This document shows, one piece after another, positions 37,487 through 47,600 of a stretch of DNA of 64,000 nt. Numbering within the stretch: the first letter of the stretch is position 1; each line of letters starts with the position of its first letter. This stretch comes from Candidatus Latescibacterota bacterium (GTDB lineage: Bacteria > Latescibacterota > UBA2968 > UBA8231): positions 800,001-864,000 of the forward strand of contig CBDCDC010000001.1 of the NCBI GenBank assembly GCA_965215195.1. Direction: 5' to 3'. The position numbers were made by a program, and so were the translations under genes. Under the pieces are notes generated by a model. That model searched no databases and was not told where the DNA came from. It saw only the letters and a list, made by a program, of their open reading frames with translations.

Positions 37487-38196
37487 GCGCGTTGCTCAAT
37501 CCCTATTTTCAGGTGGGGCTCGACGTGATGGACCAGCCCTGCTTAGTCATCGGCGGGGGGCGCGAGGCCGAGGACAAGGCCGGTCGCCTGCTAACTGCCG
37601 GTGCGCGCTTGACGGTGGTAAGCCCCAGCGCGACGCCCGCGCTCGTCGAATGGGCTGCGGCCGGTCGCCTCACGCACCGCCCGCGCCGCTTTGCCGAGCG
37701 CGACCTCGACGGCGTGTTCCTGGTGCTGAACACCGTGCGCGACCACGCGCTGACGGAGCGAGTGCATGAACTCGCTTTGGCGCACAAGGCCCTGATCAAC
37801 TCCTACGACAACCCGGCCTATTCCAACGTGGGCATGGCGGCCTTGGTGCATCCGGGCCACTTGCGGCTGAGCATCTCCACCTCCAACGCCAGCCCGGCGC
37901 TATCCCGCCGCTTGCGGCAAGATCTCGAAGAGATTTTTGACGAGGAATTTGCTGCGTACCTCGACTGCTTGGCCGAGGCTCGCCAACGGGTGCGCGCAAA
38001 CGTTGCCGACCAGGAGACGCGCTTTGCCCTGCTGCGCTCTTTGGTCAGCGGCTTCCGCTTGGAAGGGACGCTGCGCTATCCCGCCGACTGGAAGCGGCAC
38101 GTAAAGGCCCTGCTGACGTGTGAGTTGGAATGTTGTGGGACGGAGGAGCGGTGTGCGGATTGTCCAGTGGGAACTGGCGATGTCTGTAGGCAGTAG
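37483..38196 (+). CDS. Precorrin-2 dehydrogenase / sirohydrochlorin ferrochelatase (SirC/CysG N-terminal-like)
   Basis: CLVIGGGREAEDK, LTVVSP, ISTSNASPALSRRLR. Cys-rich tail. Confidence 0.85.
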   Translation: MSALLNPYFQVGLDVMDQPCLVIGGGREAEDKAGRLLTAGARLTVVSPSATPALVEWAAAGRLTHRPRRFAERDLDGVFLVLNTVRDHALTERVHELALAHKALINSYDNPAYSNVGMAALVHPGHLRLSISTSNASPALSRRLRQDLEEIFDEEFAAYLDCLAEARQRVRANVADQETRFALLRSLVSGFRLEGTLRYPADWKRHVKALLTCELECCGTEERCADCPVGTGDVCRQ

Positions 38197-38261
38197 GGCG
38201 AGTAGATTTTCGTCGCGGACGCGAACTGTCTTGTACTTCAATCAGAAAGGAAGAATGTGCA

Positions 38262-38702
38262 ATGCGGACCGATCTTTTTTATTTAGTCGCCCTGTTAGCC
38301 TTCGGCATGCTCGCCTGCGGTGAGGTCAGCGTCGAAGGGTCGGTAGGGCCAGAGGTGCTGATAGAGTCGCCAGCGGAAAGGGTGCTCATCGAGCAGAGCG
38401 TATCTGCTTCGTCCTATGACGCGGAAGGTAAAATCACTATAAGGGATGAGCGGATAACGCCAACAACCTTTGAAGTTCTTTATCTCAAGGTAACATCCTC
38501 CGGTGGAGTAGAATACGTCCCGGTGGAGCTTGAATCCGAGGAGAATGAACGAGAGGCTGCGGTGCTCTTCATCAGCGAGGGTGTTCTCGTCATCAGCGAC
38601 CCTGATAGGACGCTCTTGAGAGTAACGATAAGCAAGATAGCAGAACGTATAGAGGGAGCAACTTTTGAGTTGGCGGTTTTAGTATCGATAGTGTCGCAGT
38701 AG
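38262..38702 (+). CDS. Hypothetical lipoprotein
   Basis: Lipobox MLA-C. Atypical codon usage at the island edge. Confidence 0.5.
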   Translation: MRTDLFYLVALLAFGMLACGEVSVEGSVGPEVLIESPAERVLIEQSVSASSYDAEGKITIRDERITPTTFEVLYLKVTSSGGVEYVPVELESEENEREAAVLFISEGVLVISDPDRTLLRVTISKIAERIEGATFELAVLVSIVSQ

Positions 38703-38706
38703 GTCG

Positions 38707-41700
38707 TTATCGATCGCGCACTGTGCGATATACTTGCTCTAGCAAGGCGTCCACGATGACGTGGCGCATGGCTTCGTCGGCCATGAAGTCGTTGACGATC
38801 TTTTGGTTTCGGCCTTGTCGTTGAATAAAGGCTTTCACGACCTCGGGTTCAAAAACCTGCTTGAACTGCGCCATGGAGTTGGCCTGCGCCTGTTCGGCGA
38901 GCCGCGCATTTTGGGCCATATCGCCTGAGATTTGCTCAAACAGCAACTTATCCTCATCCGTCCAGTAGGTGCCAAAGCGCTCGTTGATCGCTTCGATGAT
39001 GGACGATAGCGGGGTGGTGTGATCTTCTTTGGGTTGTGCCGTGCCCACATCGCTGGCACCATAGACCGGGTTTCTTTCATACGCCTCCAAAGCCCCGCTA
39101 CCAGAAAAGGTCCGTTCATTGCGGTAGTGGGAGAGTGCAACTTCGTCGTCGAGTGCCAACATGCCATCCCCTGAGCGACGCGGCAGTTTGGCGAGTAGAT
39201 ACCGCCCATAGGCATAGAGTTTCTCCAGACCGAGGTCCTGCCAGTCGATGATCTGGCTCAAAAAGCCGTACAGCCGCACAAAGCTGTGCAGGGTGCTTTT
39301 GAACGTCTCGCCTTCTTCGGCAGAGGGGTCGCCGTATTCGCGCTTGAACCGTTCTACGGCGGGGTCGATCCATCTGTTAAGCCGGCCGTGATCGCGCTCG
39401 GTTTGCAGGGGCCGAGGCTTGAAGTAGGTCCGCACAAATTCGTCGATTTCACTGTCGCGCAGCACGGGTGCGCTTTTCAGTTTTGCGTCGAGCGTATATA
39501 GGTGATTCGGATCGGTGGGTTCGTCGATTTCCGTCTGTTCGCAATAGGGTTTGAACGCCTCTTTGATTTCGTCGATTTCATTGGCAAAATCGAGCACAAA
39601 GGTGTCCACTTTTCCCCGGGCGGTGCGGTTGAGCCGCGAGAGGGTTTGCACGGCTTTGAGGTCTGCCAGTCGCTTATCGACGAACATGGTGTGCAAAAGA
39701 GGTTGATCGAATCCCGTCTGATATTTTTCGGCGACGATCAATATCTGATATTCGGGAGTGGCAAAATAGGCGGGCAGTTCTCTTTCGCTGATGCCGTTAA
39801 TAGTCGCTTCCGTGTACTGCTTGTCCTCGACGTCTGGGTCCATAACGGTTCCCGAAAACGCCACGAGTGTTTTGACATCGGCGTATCCCTTGGCGGCGAT
39901 GTATTTGTCAAAAGCCTGTTTGTAGCGCACCGCATGTAGGCGCGAGCGCGTGACGAGCATGGCCTTGCCTGCCCCATTGATCTTCTTGCGGGTGAAGGTG
40001 CGAAAATGCTCGACCATGATTTCCGTTTTTTGCGCGATGTTGTAGGGGTGTAGGCTCATAAACCGCGCAATGGCCTTCTTGGCTTTGTGCTCATCCACCT
40101 CGGGATCGTCTTCAATGGCTTTGGACAGTTTGTAATACGTCTTGTACGTGGTGTAGTGTTCGAGCACGTCGTGGATGAAGCCTTCTTCAATGCCCTGACG
40201 CATGGCGTACAGATGGAACGGCTGCGGATTGCCCGCTGCATCGCGCACCCCAAACATTTCGAGCGTTCTGTGTTTGGGGGTTGCCGTGAAGGCATAGAAG
40301 CTGATGTTGGGCTGCGGCCCTCGGCTCTTGGCTGCTGATAGAATGAGGTCTTCCACGTCGGGTGGAGCATGGGCTTCCTCTGATTCTGCCGCGGCGAGCA
40401 GGGCTTTCTCGCTGTGCTTTCCATGGCCGAGTACGCGGCGAAGGTTGCTCGCGCTTTGGCCGCCCTGACTGCTGTGGGCTTCATCGACGATTACCGCGAA
40501 TGTTCGCTCGGACAGGTCTTTGACTTTGCCCATTAAAAAAGAGAACTTTTGCAAGGTCGTAATGATGATCTTTGTGCCCTTGTTGAGTTCGGCGGCCAGA
40601 TCACTCGAATTGCGGTCTTCGTCGATTTTGACCACTACGCCTTGCTTGTGTTCGATTTGATAGATGTTGTCCTGCAACTGCTTGTCGAGGTTACGGCGGT
40701 CGGAAACGACGACTACCGAGTTGAAAATGGGGCGGTCGGAAGCGTCGTGGACACTGGCCAATTGATGGGCAAGCCAGGCGATGGTATTGGTTTTGCCTGA
40801 GCCGGCACTGTGTTGGATCAGGTAGTTGTGCCCCACGCCTTTGGCTCGGGTGGCTGTGACCAAGCCGCGCACCGCCGTGAGTTGGTGATAGCGGGGAAAG
40901 ATGAGCGTTTCTGTGGTGGTGGTTTTGCCGGTGATAGCGGTGGCTTTTTCAACTTGCAGGTGAATAAAGCGGTGGATGGTGTCGAGCCAACGGTCGCGCT
41001 GCCAGACCTCTTCCCACAGGTAGCCGGTTTTGTATCCCGTCTGATACGTGTGGTCGTCGGGATTGCCTTTGCCGCCGTTGTCGCCCGTATTGAAGGGCAG
41101 GAAGAAGGTCTTGTTGCCAGCTAGCCGGGTGGTCATGTAGGCTTCGTCGGTATCGACGGCAAAATGCACCAAGGCGCGTTTCTTGTAGTGGATCAAGGGC
41201 GTTTTCGTTGTGGGTACGCGATCTTTGATGTACTGGCGAATGGCGTGGCTGGTGCGCTGGCTGGTGAAGGCGTTTTTGAGTTCGACCGTGGCTATGGGCA
41301 GGCCGTTGAGGGACAGGAGCAGGTCGATGGAATGGTTGCTGTCCAAGTCATAACGCACTTGTCGCATCACGGTGAGGCGATTCTGCTGGTAGCGTTTTTC
41401 CGTTTCTGGGTTCAGGCGGGTCGGCGGGCGAAAATAGGCCAAGCAAAGATATTGCCCCCGGTCGCGCACCCCGTTGCGGACCACATCGAGCAAGCCGCGC
41501 TTGTCGCACTCAGCGGCGATGCGCTTGACGACTGCATCCTCCACATGGCTGCCGTAGCTGATTTTGAGGGCGTCGAGCGCGTTGGGTTGGGTTTCTCTGA
41601 GAAACGCCAGTAGGGTGTGTTTGTCGAGAGCGAGTTCGGGATCGAACTGGCGGTTGTCGGCGCGGGTATATCCGGCGTGCTCTACCAGCCATGCTTCGAT

Positions 41701-41742
41701 GGCGTCTTCAAAGGCTTTTTCGGATGTGGGGTTGCCAATCAT
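38707..41742 (-). CDS. hsdR: Type I restriction endonuclease subunit R
   Basis: DLLLSLNGLPIATVELKN, QHSAGSGKT, IVDEAHSSQ, FTATPK, KYQTGFDQP, QTLSRLNR. Confidence 0.96.
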   Translation of the reverse strand: MIGNPTSEKAFEDAIEAWLVEHAGYTRADNRQFDPELALDKHTLLAFLRETQPNALDALKISYGSHVEDAVVKRIAAECDKRGLLDVVRNGVRDRGQYLCLAYFRPPTRLNPETEKRYQQNRLTVMRQVRYDLDSNHSIDLLLSLNGLPIATVELKNAFTSQRTSHAIRQYIKDRVPTTKTPLIHYKKRALVHFAVDTDEAYMTTRLAGNKTFFLPFNTGDNGGKGNPDDHTYQTGYKTGYLWEEVWQRDRWLDTIHRFIHLQVEKATAITGKTTTTETLIFPRYHQLTAVRGLVTATRAKGVGHNYLIQHSAGSGKTNTIAWLAHQLASVHDASDRPIFNSVVVVSDRRNLDKQLQDNIYQIEHKQGVVVKIDEDRNSSDLAAELNKGTKIIITTLQKFSFLMGKVKDLSERTFAVIVDEAHSSQGGQSASNLRRVLGHGKHSEKALLAAAESEEAHAPPDVEDLILSAAKSRGPQPNISFYAFTATPKHRTLEMFGVRDAAGNPQPFHLYAMRQGIEEGFIHDVLEHYTTYKTYYKLSKAIEDDPEVDEHKAKKAIARFMSLHPYNIAQKTEIMVEHFRTFTRKKINGAGKAMLVTRSRLHAVRYKQAFDKYIAAKGYADVKTLVAFSGTVMDPDVEDKQYTEATINGISERELPAYFATPEYQILIVAEKYQTGFDQPLLHTMFVDKRLADLKAVQTLSRLNRTARGKVDTFVLDFANEIDEIKEAFKPYCEQTEIDEPTDPNHLYTLDAKLKSAPVLRDSEIDEFVRTYFKPRPLQTERDHGRLNRWIDPAVERFKREYGDPSAEEGETFKSTLHSFVRLYGFLSQIIDWQDLGLEKLYAYGRYLLAKLPRRSGDGMLALDDEVALSHYRNERTFSGSGALEAYERNPVYGASDVGTAQPKEDHTTPLSSIIEAINERFGTYWTDEDKLLFEQISGDMAQNARLAEQAQANSMAQFKQVFEPEVVKAFIQRQGRNQKIVNDFMADEAMRHVIVDALLEQVYRTVRDR

Positions 41743-41818
41743 TGTGGAACCTCATGCTGCCGATACATCACTTGCTCAAAAAATGGCCTCGATCAAGTAA
41801 GCGGATATATTACTTTGC

Positions 41819-42244
41819 TCAAACCTTTCCCACCATTTCCGTGAAATCCATAGTCGGTAATTTTCTGATCGCCGCCTCAGTGCGTTTTAAGAGCCTTTCG
41901 GCATTCTTGGGACTTTCAAAGTATCCTGCCCAACGACCAATCGGTTCAAGTACGTAATCTGCTTGGCGACGTGCTTCATAAAGCTGGCTGAGAAGTTGTC
42001 CTAAATTGTGCAAGTCGGAATTGTTTGATGAATCCAAAAGATTCTTTAGGTTTCCATGATCGATTCGGTCATTGCGCCCATGGGTCGCCTTGCCTTCCCG
42101 CGTACGTATTTCAGTTCTTATAGCAAGAAAAAGCGCGTAATACCCACGCCCAATGGCAGTTCTCGTTCGGGCTTCTTTGTCAATACCACCTTGTCGCGTT
42201 ATTGATCGCCCAACTTTGGCGAATAATGCTGGATCGAAACTCAT
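41819..42244 (-). CDS. HEPN domain protein (putative RNase toxin)
   Basis: RTAIGRGYYALF, HGNL and LYEARRQADY motifs of HEPN toxins. Start placed at MSFDP. Confidence 0.8.
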   Translation of the reverse strand: MSFDPALFAKVGRSITRQGGIDKEARTRTAIGRGYYALFLAIRTEIRTREGKATHGRNDRIDHGNLKNLLDSSNNSDLHNLGQLLSQLYEARRQADYVLEPIGRWAGYFESPKNAERLLKRTEAAIRKLPTMDFTEMVGKV

Positions 42245-42260
42245 CTTATCTAAATTTCGG

Positions 42261-42659
42261 TCAGTCAGAATCTGAAACAAAAAAGAAATTGATCGCCTTG
42301 AAGACCTTTCTACCCAACTGCTTGGCAATCAATGAGTAGAAATCAAACTCCGTCTCCGCTATCAGGTCGTCCTGGTCGTCTTGGTCTTCTGGAACGGCCA
42401 CTATAATGAGGTTTTCGGTGGTATCAACTGAGACATCAACGTTCCACTTAAACTCGGAGGCGGCTGTCTCAACAATGGAGCGCACATGACCCCAGTCAAT
42501 GTTTAAGTCAACGACCTCTTCTTTAGATTTCTCCGGTTTAAGTTCCCGAATAATGTCCCACAATTCTCGACGTTCCTGCGTCAACGCCTCCACTTGATCT
42601 TGCAGTGCGTTTACCTTGCTCCAGAGAAGACTTATTTCTTTGTGTTCAGCTTGTAACAT
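42261..42659 (-). CDS. Small acidic protein with N-terminal coiled coil (possible HEPN partner)
   Basis: Heptad N-terminus KVNALQDQVEALTQERREL and acidic alpha/beta C-terminus. Overlaps the upstream gene. Confidence 0.55.
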   Translation of the reverse strand: MLQAEHKEISLLWSKVNALQDQVEALTQERRELWDIIRELKPEKSKEEVVDLNIDWGHVRSIVETAASEFKWNVDVSVDTTENLIIVAVPEDQDDQDDLIAETEFDFYSLIAKQLGRKVFKAINFFFVSDSD

Positions 42660-43146
42660 CTGCTTGCTCCTTTTTTTGTGGGCCTTTATCCAATATGTTG
42701 CTCAGTTTGCTCCCGCATTTCGCCCGAATGACTGAATATCGCGTACCTTTGAACGACACCTTCTTTTGCCTTAACGTCTTCAGGTCCGACGCATGGCGGA
42801 CGCGACCGTGCAACAGAATTGGGCAGAATCCTTCCACTTTGGATTTGCAATGCTTGGACAATTCGTTGATCTGTTGCGCTCCAGCTTGTAGTTGATTGAG
42901 CACTTGGCTGCTCTTAAAGGAACCACTTTTCAACTCCACTGCGGCTGCAATCATCTTATTGATCGTCAGGAATATCAGAAAGTCACATCTACTGCCTGTA
43001 TGGCTGATGAGATCGCTGTACTCATCTACATCAAGGATTGTTAAAGTCTTGCCATTTCTGCCCAAATCAACATGCAGCCGACAGCCTGGAGATTCACACG
43101 TCGTCTTGACTGCCGATGGCCACGTCAATTTGATCTTTGAGTGCAT
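42646..43146 (-). CDS. Putative PD-(D/E)XK-fold nuclease
   Basis: RCDFLIF...AAVELKSG...QLQAG pattern. Basic C-terminus. Confidence 0.55.
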   Translation of the reverse strand: MHSKIKLTWPSAVKTTCESPGCRLHVDLGRNGKTLTILDVDEYSDLISHTGSRCDFLIFLTINKMIAAAVELKSGSFKSSQVLNQLQAGAQQINELSKHCKSKVEGFCPILLHGRVRHASDLKTLRQKKVSFKGTRYSVIRAKCGSKLSNILDKGPQKKEQADVTS

Positions 43147-43161
43147 GATGGACGACGCCTC

Positions 43162-44538
43162 TCAGTCGAGTTGAACGGTCTCGTCATAGATGGCTTCCGC
43201 AATTCGCACAAAGTCATCTTCCGGTATGCCTTCACTTTTAGATACGGATAGTTTTATCGCTTGGGTTCCAGGACGACCCTTCCTAGAAGAAAAAAGATAG
43301 GCCCCAACCGACTCCGAGGGCAGTTGGTCCTTTTTGGTATAGCCGAGACTTTTGACCACGCTGGCCTTGGAAGACATGCGAATACAATTGCTGAGTTGCT
43401 GCAGAAAGTAGTCGCTGTGCGTCGTGACCAATACATGCAGTCCTACATTCACCATTTGGCTGACGGCGCGGGCAAGTATTCTCTGGTTTTCTGGATGGAG
43501 ATGGGCTTCCGGTTCTTCGATAATGAGCATGTCATTGGGGCCGATTACGTACTTGAGAAAGAGCACGATAGGGGCAATTTCGGAAACCATGGAGGAAGTG
43601 CGATGAATTGGAATGCGGTTTCTGTTTATCTCATATACAAACTCAGGGTAGTCGGCACCGGAGACAGGTTGATCAACGTCGATCGTCCCGCGACTTATTT
43701 CTTGTTCGAGGAATGCTGCTATTTCACTAAGCGCGGTCGATTTACGAGGTCCCTTTTCAAGATTGAGCAGATCGCTTATGAAGTCTGTCACGACCCCAGT
43801 TAGTCGAGGTATCTCAATGGGTTCAATGCCTATTAGTGGCAGGCGGGACATCATGATCCCTGCGAGTGCTTTATGACTCTGTAGGATTCCTGACCGTGCC
43901 GCCGGAAAGTAGTAGGGTGTTTCCAAGAGGTCTCGCAAACAATGTTGGACGAGATCATTGACCAGAAAGATGTATAGATGATCTTCCGGTATGTGCCGAG
44001 AGTCCAAAGGAAATTTGATTCCCGTCAAGGAATAAGTGGCCTTCCACAGCGCGAGACGTCCACCTTGGAATCTGAATTCGAGTCGTAGATCCGGTTGGCT
44101 ACTTTCTATGATGAGTTCAAACCGCTTGTGGCATCTTGGCCGAATCAGGTCGGCAAGTTTGCTTCCGAAGCAACGCTGGATTTCGCTACTTAGTTGTTCT
44201 GGTAATTGTTCACAAAGCTGTTTGAAGACCGTATCAACCGCTTGCTGGATGCCTTTAGGAAGCTCCTCAAAGTGCGCTTCTTTTTGTTTCGCCAACAGCG
44301 CGTTTAATTCCTTTTGTTCCTGCTCATCAAGTTCAGAAGGACTTGGGCGGTACATCCGCCTAGAAGGGCCAAAGCGGTGGAACCCACGAGAACGAGTGAA
44401 TGAGGCAAAAATGGCGTAGTGCAACAGAGCCGTATAGGACTTACCGGCATTGTTCTCTCCGATAAAGACCGTCAATGGCCGCAAGGATATATCCGCTTCT
44501 ATGAGCGGGCCGAAGTATTTGACCTTGACGTTTAGCAT
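43162..44538 (-). CDS. ABC-type AAA ATPase (AAA_15/AAA_21-like, defence-associated)
   Basis: FGP...PLTVFIGENNAGKSY Walker A, SSMVSE degenerate signature, LIIEEPEAHLHP Walker B, TTHSDY H-loop. Confidence 0.88.
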   Translation of the reverse strand: MLNVKVKYFGPLIEADISLRPLTVFIGENNAGKSYTALLHYAIFASFTRSRGFHRFGPSRRMYRPSPSELDEQEQKELNALLAKQKEAHFEELPKGIQQAVDTVFKQLCEQLPEQLSSEIQRCFGSKLADLIRPRCHKRFELIIESSQPDLRLEFRFQGGRLALWKATYSLTGIKFPLDSRHIPEDHLYIFLVNDLVQHCLRDLLETPYYFPAARSGILQSHKALAGIMMSRLPLIGIEPIEIPRLTGVVTDFISDLLNLEKGPRKSTALSEIAAFLEQEISRGTIDVDQPVSGADYPEFVYEINRNRIPIHRTSSMVSEIAPIVLFLKYVIGPNDMLIIEEPEAHLHPENQRILARAVSQMVNVGLHVLVTTHSDYFLQQLSNCIRMSSKASVVKSLGYTKKDQLPSESVGAYLFSSRKGRPGTQAIKLSVSKSEGIPEDDFVRIAEAIYDETVQLD

Positions 44539-44581
44539 AAGTGTTTTTCCTTTGTAATTTCAAGCAGCATTCGCCGATAAC

Positions 44582-44610
44582 ATGATAGGCCAATGGTCGT
44601 AAAATAGCAA
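44582..44610 (-). promoter_or_regulatory. Sigma70-type promoter of the ATPase-HEPN cassette
   Basis: Minus strand TTGCTA-N17-TATCAT, 43 bp upstream of the ATG. Confidence 0.5.
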
Positions 44611-44694
44611 GGGGCCTCAATCCGGCAATATCTCGTCCCCAAAGCATGAAGGCTCAGGGTGTAGTTACTCGTAGTGGCCATTAATGATTCGGAG

Positions 44695-47600
44695 TTATCT
44701 TTCGTATTTATCCAGATCGGTGCTAATGCTGTAAGTTTTTTCAAGGCACATCCGGTCTATCAGATCGAGACATTTAGATGCCCATTTATTGCGTTGGTGT
44801 TGATGGTATGTTCTGAACACTAGTTCTGTCGCGATGGTGCCATCTGCGGCTCGGCTCGTGCGAATATCCCGTGCCTCGTCGCTAAATCGTTCGAGAAACT
44901 TCTCACATACAACATACGTGATACCGGGCAGGCGATGCGAGGACTCTTTAAGGGCGTAAAGTATGGAATACGAGTTTTTTTTATAAGCCTCACTATCGCA
45001 AAATTTTTCTATCAGGTTTTCGTAAGACTCCAGAGATTGTCCTTCCATGTTACGGAAACAAGTCGCAACTTTTTGACAAACCTCGCTATCACTATCATTG
45101 AAAAGTCGCAGAAGTTGATGCTCCGACCATTGTCGATGAGCTGGTTGGCCGATGTTTGCAGATGCTACTCGAGCCACTCCGAGTCTCTGTGCCGAATTGC
45201 CATGGAGTGCTTCTTCCACAAGATTTCTAGCTCCGTCGTGATGAAGTAGTACCGCAATGCTTGCCAGCCGAGCACCAGTCTCATTTACCTTAGGAAGCTC
45301 TGATCGCAACATTCTTTCTACAATGCCTTGGATGCGCTCGAAGTGCTCGTATAGCCCATAATAAATAAAACGATCTAAGTATGGAGTCGCGAGTAAGTGA
45401 TCGTAGTCACCTTGGTTGCTCCAAGGTTCGGTGAGTTTGGTAAATTGCTCTAAAGCAAATTCCCAATCGTGATTTGTTATGGCTAAAAGCACTGAGGCTG
45501 CACAAGCTCGAACGGCAATACTCTTGTCGCCGCTCAATTTTTCGACTGTGGTACGAAATCGCTCAATGTAGGAAGCATCTCTTTGAATAAGAGCACCAAT
45601 GGCTTCGGCAGCACGTCCGCGTGTCGTGTTGATGCCATGTGTAAGTACATCTCCTCCATAGTAGAGTGTGCCGCCTATGGCTCTTTCATTCCATAACTCC
45701 TTCTCTGGATCAGGATGTTCTGTTGCCAACCAGTCAAGCATCTGTACGGCGTCATCAGGAATCGATTCTTCGATAGAACCTAACAAGTCAGCGATTTCGC
45801 TTCCACACTCATCGCGGAATTCGGCGTATGCTTTGCGACACACTTCAAGTTTAAGTTCGGTAAAGTTGCTCGTCTCTTTCAGGCCGGATAGTGTGTGTTC
45901 TATATAGACTGGATTTGTGCCCGATGGAAACTTGAGACTCAAGCAAGCAAATCGCTCCGGTTCTTTCTTTACAAACTCTTGCAACATCCCTGCAAGTTGC
46001 GAAGCACCACCCTTTTCAGGATTCTCCCAGAAGTATTTGCTCTCCTCAGAATCATACTTTTTAATCGCTTTGAGCCATTGTTCATCTGTCATTTTCTCTG
46101 CTGCCGTCTTTTCAATTGGAGAGCCTACTGTATATGATTGTATGCCTCTCGGAGGAGATTCCACCAGTGTTCCAAATTTCCGTTCAAGCTCTGCATAACG
46201 AGCCTGAGCAGTGTTGCTACGCAATTCAACCGGTATGCCCGATAGCAGTTCAAAACAAGCCCTCCCTCTCTTTTTATACCCGTTATGGGTCCGCTCGTAA
46301 TCCGAAACGTAATCCAGAATAGCCTCTTCAAGCCTTGCACGGTTTTCGTCGGAACAAAGCGGGGTAACTGCTTTAATCAATTGAATCGCTATCCAGTAAG
46401 GACTATTGGAATATCCGCATTGAAAACGCCAAGTCTTGTCGCAGAGCTCGGAAACAGCGTCGTCGGCAAAATGTTCCGCACCAGCTTTATAGGCCCGAAG
46501 TAGAAGAAAATTCGCCATATAGGTATCACGGCTCCGAAGAGCTGCCAAGATCGCACCAATACTGTTAGACTTCTTCTCAGCAAGTTTCTCTACCGCGACA
46601 GCAAGCCCATCCCTGCATGCCTTGTCAATTGAGACATGTTCACTGTCAAACAGACATGGCCATGGCCATACGGCATCGCGTCTTGGTGGAGTACTTTCTT
46701 CTCCATAGACGGCCTCATCGGCGATTTGCAGGACCACTGGCAGAACATGCTGCACAAATTCTTCAGGAGCTTTGGTTGCAGAGTCATAGATACCAGCACC
46801 ATCGTGGTTGAACAGGTCATGCCAGTTAGGTTTTCCTGTGCCACTGCTAGTATTTTGGACAATAGAAATGCGCCTCGTCAACCAATGCGAAACTACTTCT
46901 GGAATCCAAGCGGGTTGTGCTTCGGCGACCCCGTGCATCATGCTCCAGAATGTACTGTCGACAGCAATTGGTCCGCGTGTGTCATCCAAAGTCCCATCAT
47001 CTATTAACTTTAGGAACAAATCAAAAAACCTCCGGCTTTTCTCAAGCGCGGGCCACTGGACAATGAGCGCAAGCCGTTGAGTCCAATCTCCATCCACTCC
47101 TACAAATGGCTCTAAGATTTCAGCCACTCTGTCGCCTGAGCATCTCTGATGAATCCGAACATATTTCACACCCATATCGACAATACGATCATTCTCGGAT
47201 GCGAGCCAACCTGCGATGAGGTCCTTTTTGTCTGTAATATGAAACCAAGACTGCGAAGAGAAAAATCGGTCCCAAACTAAGGACGCGAACTTGTCTATAT
47301 TCGGTTTTCCGCTCTTGATTGCTTCAAGCTCGGATTCGATCCACGGTGCAAGCACGTTCCATTCATTTTCTTTGGGACTTGGCATCGCAATAGCTTGGGC
47401 AATAGCAAGGTCCTTTAAGTGCGAACGGATTCTCTCATCCGTCAGTAGTTCTTTGAGTTCTCTACAATACCGTTCCGGGTCAGCATCGCGAAGATAAACG
47501 AGAACTTGCCTAACCTGTGCTCTTCGAAATAGATGTTGCTCCGACTTTGTGAGGAATTCTGTCAAAGATGCATCTTGTGCCATGAAAATACGGGCAAAGC

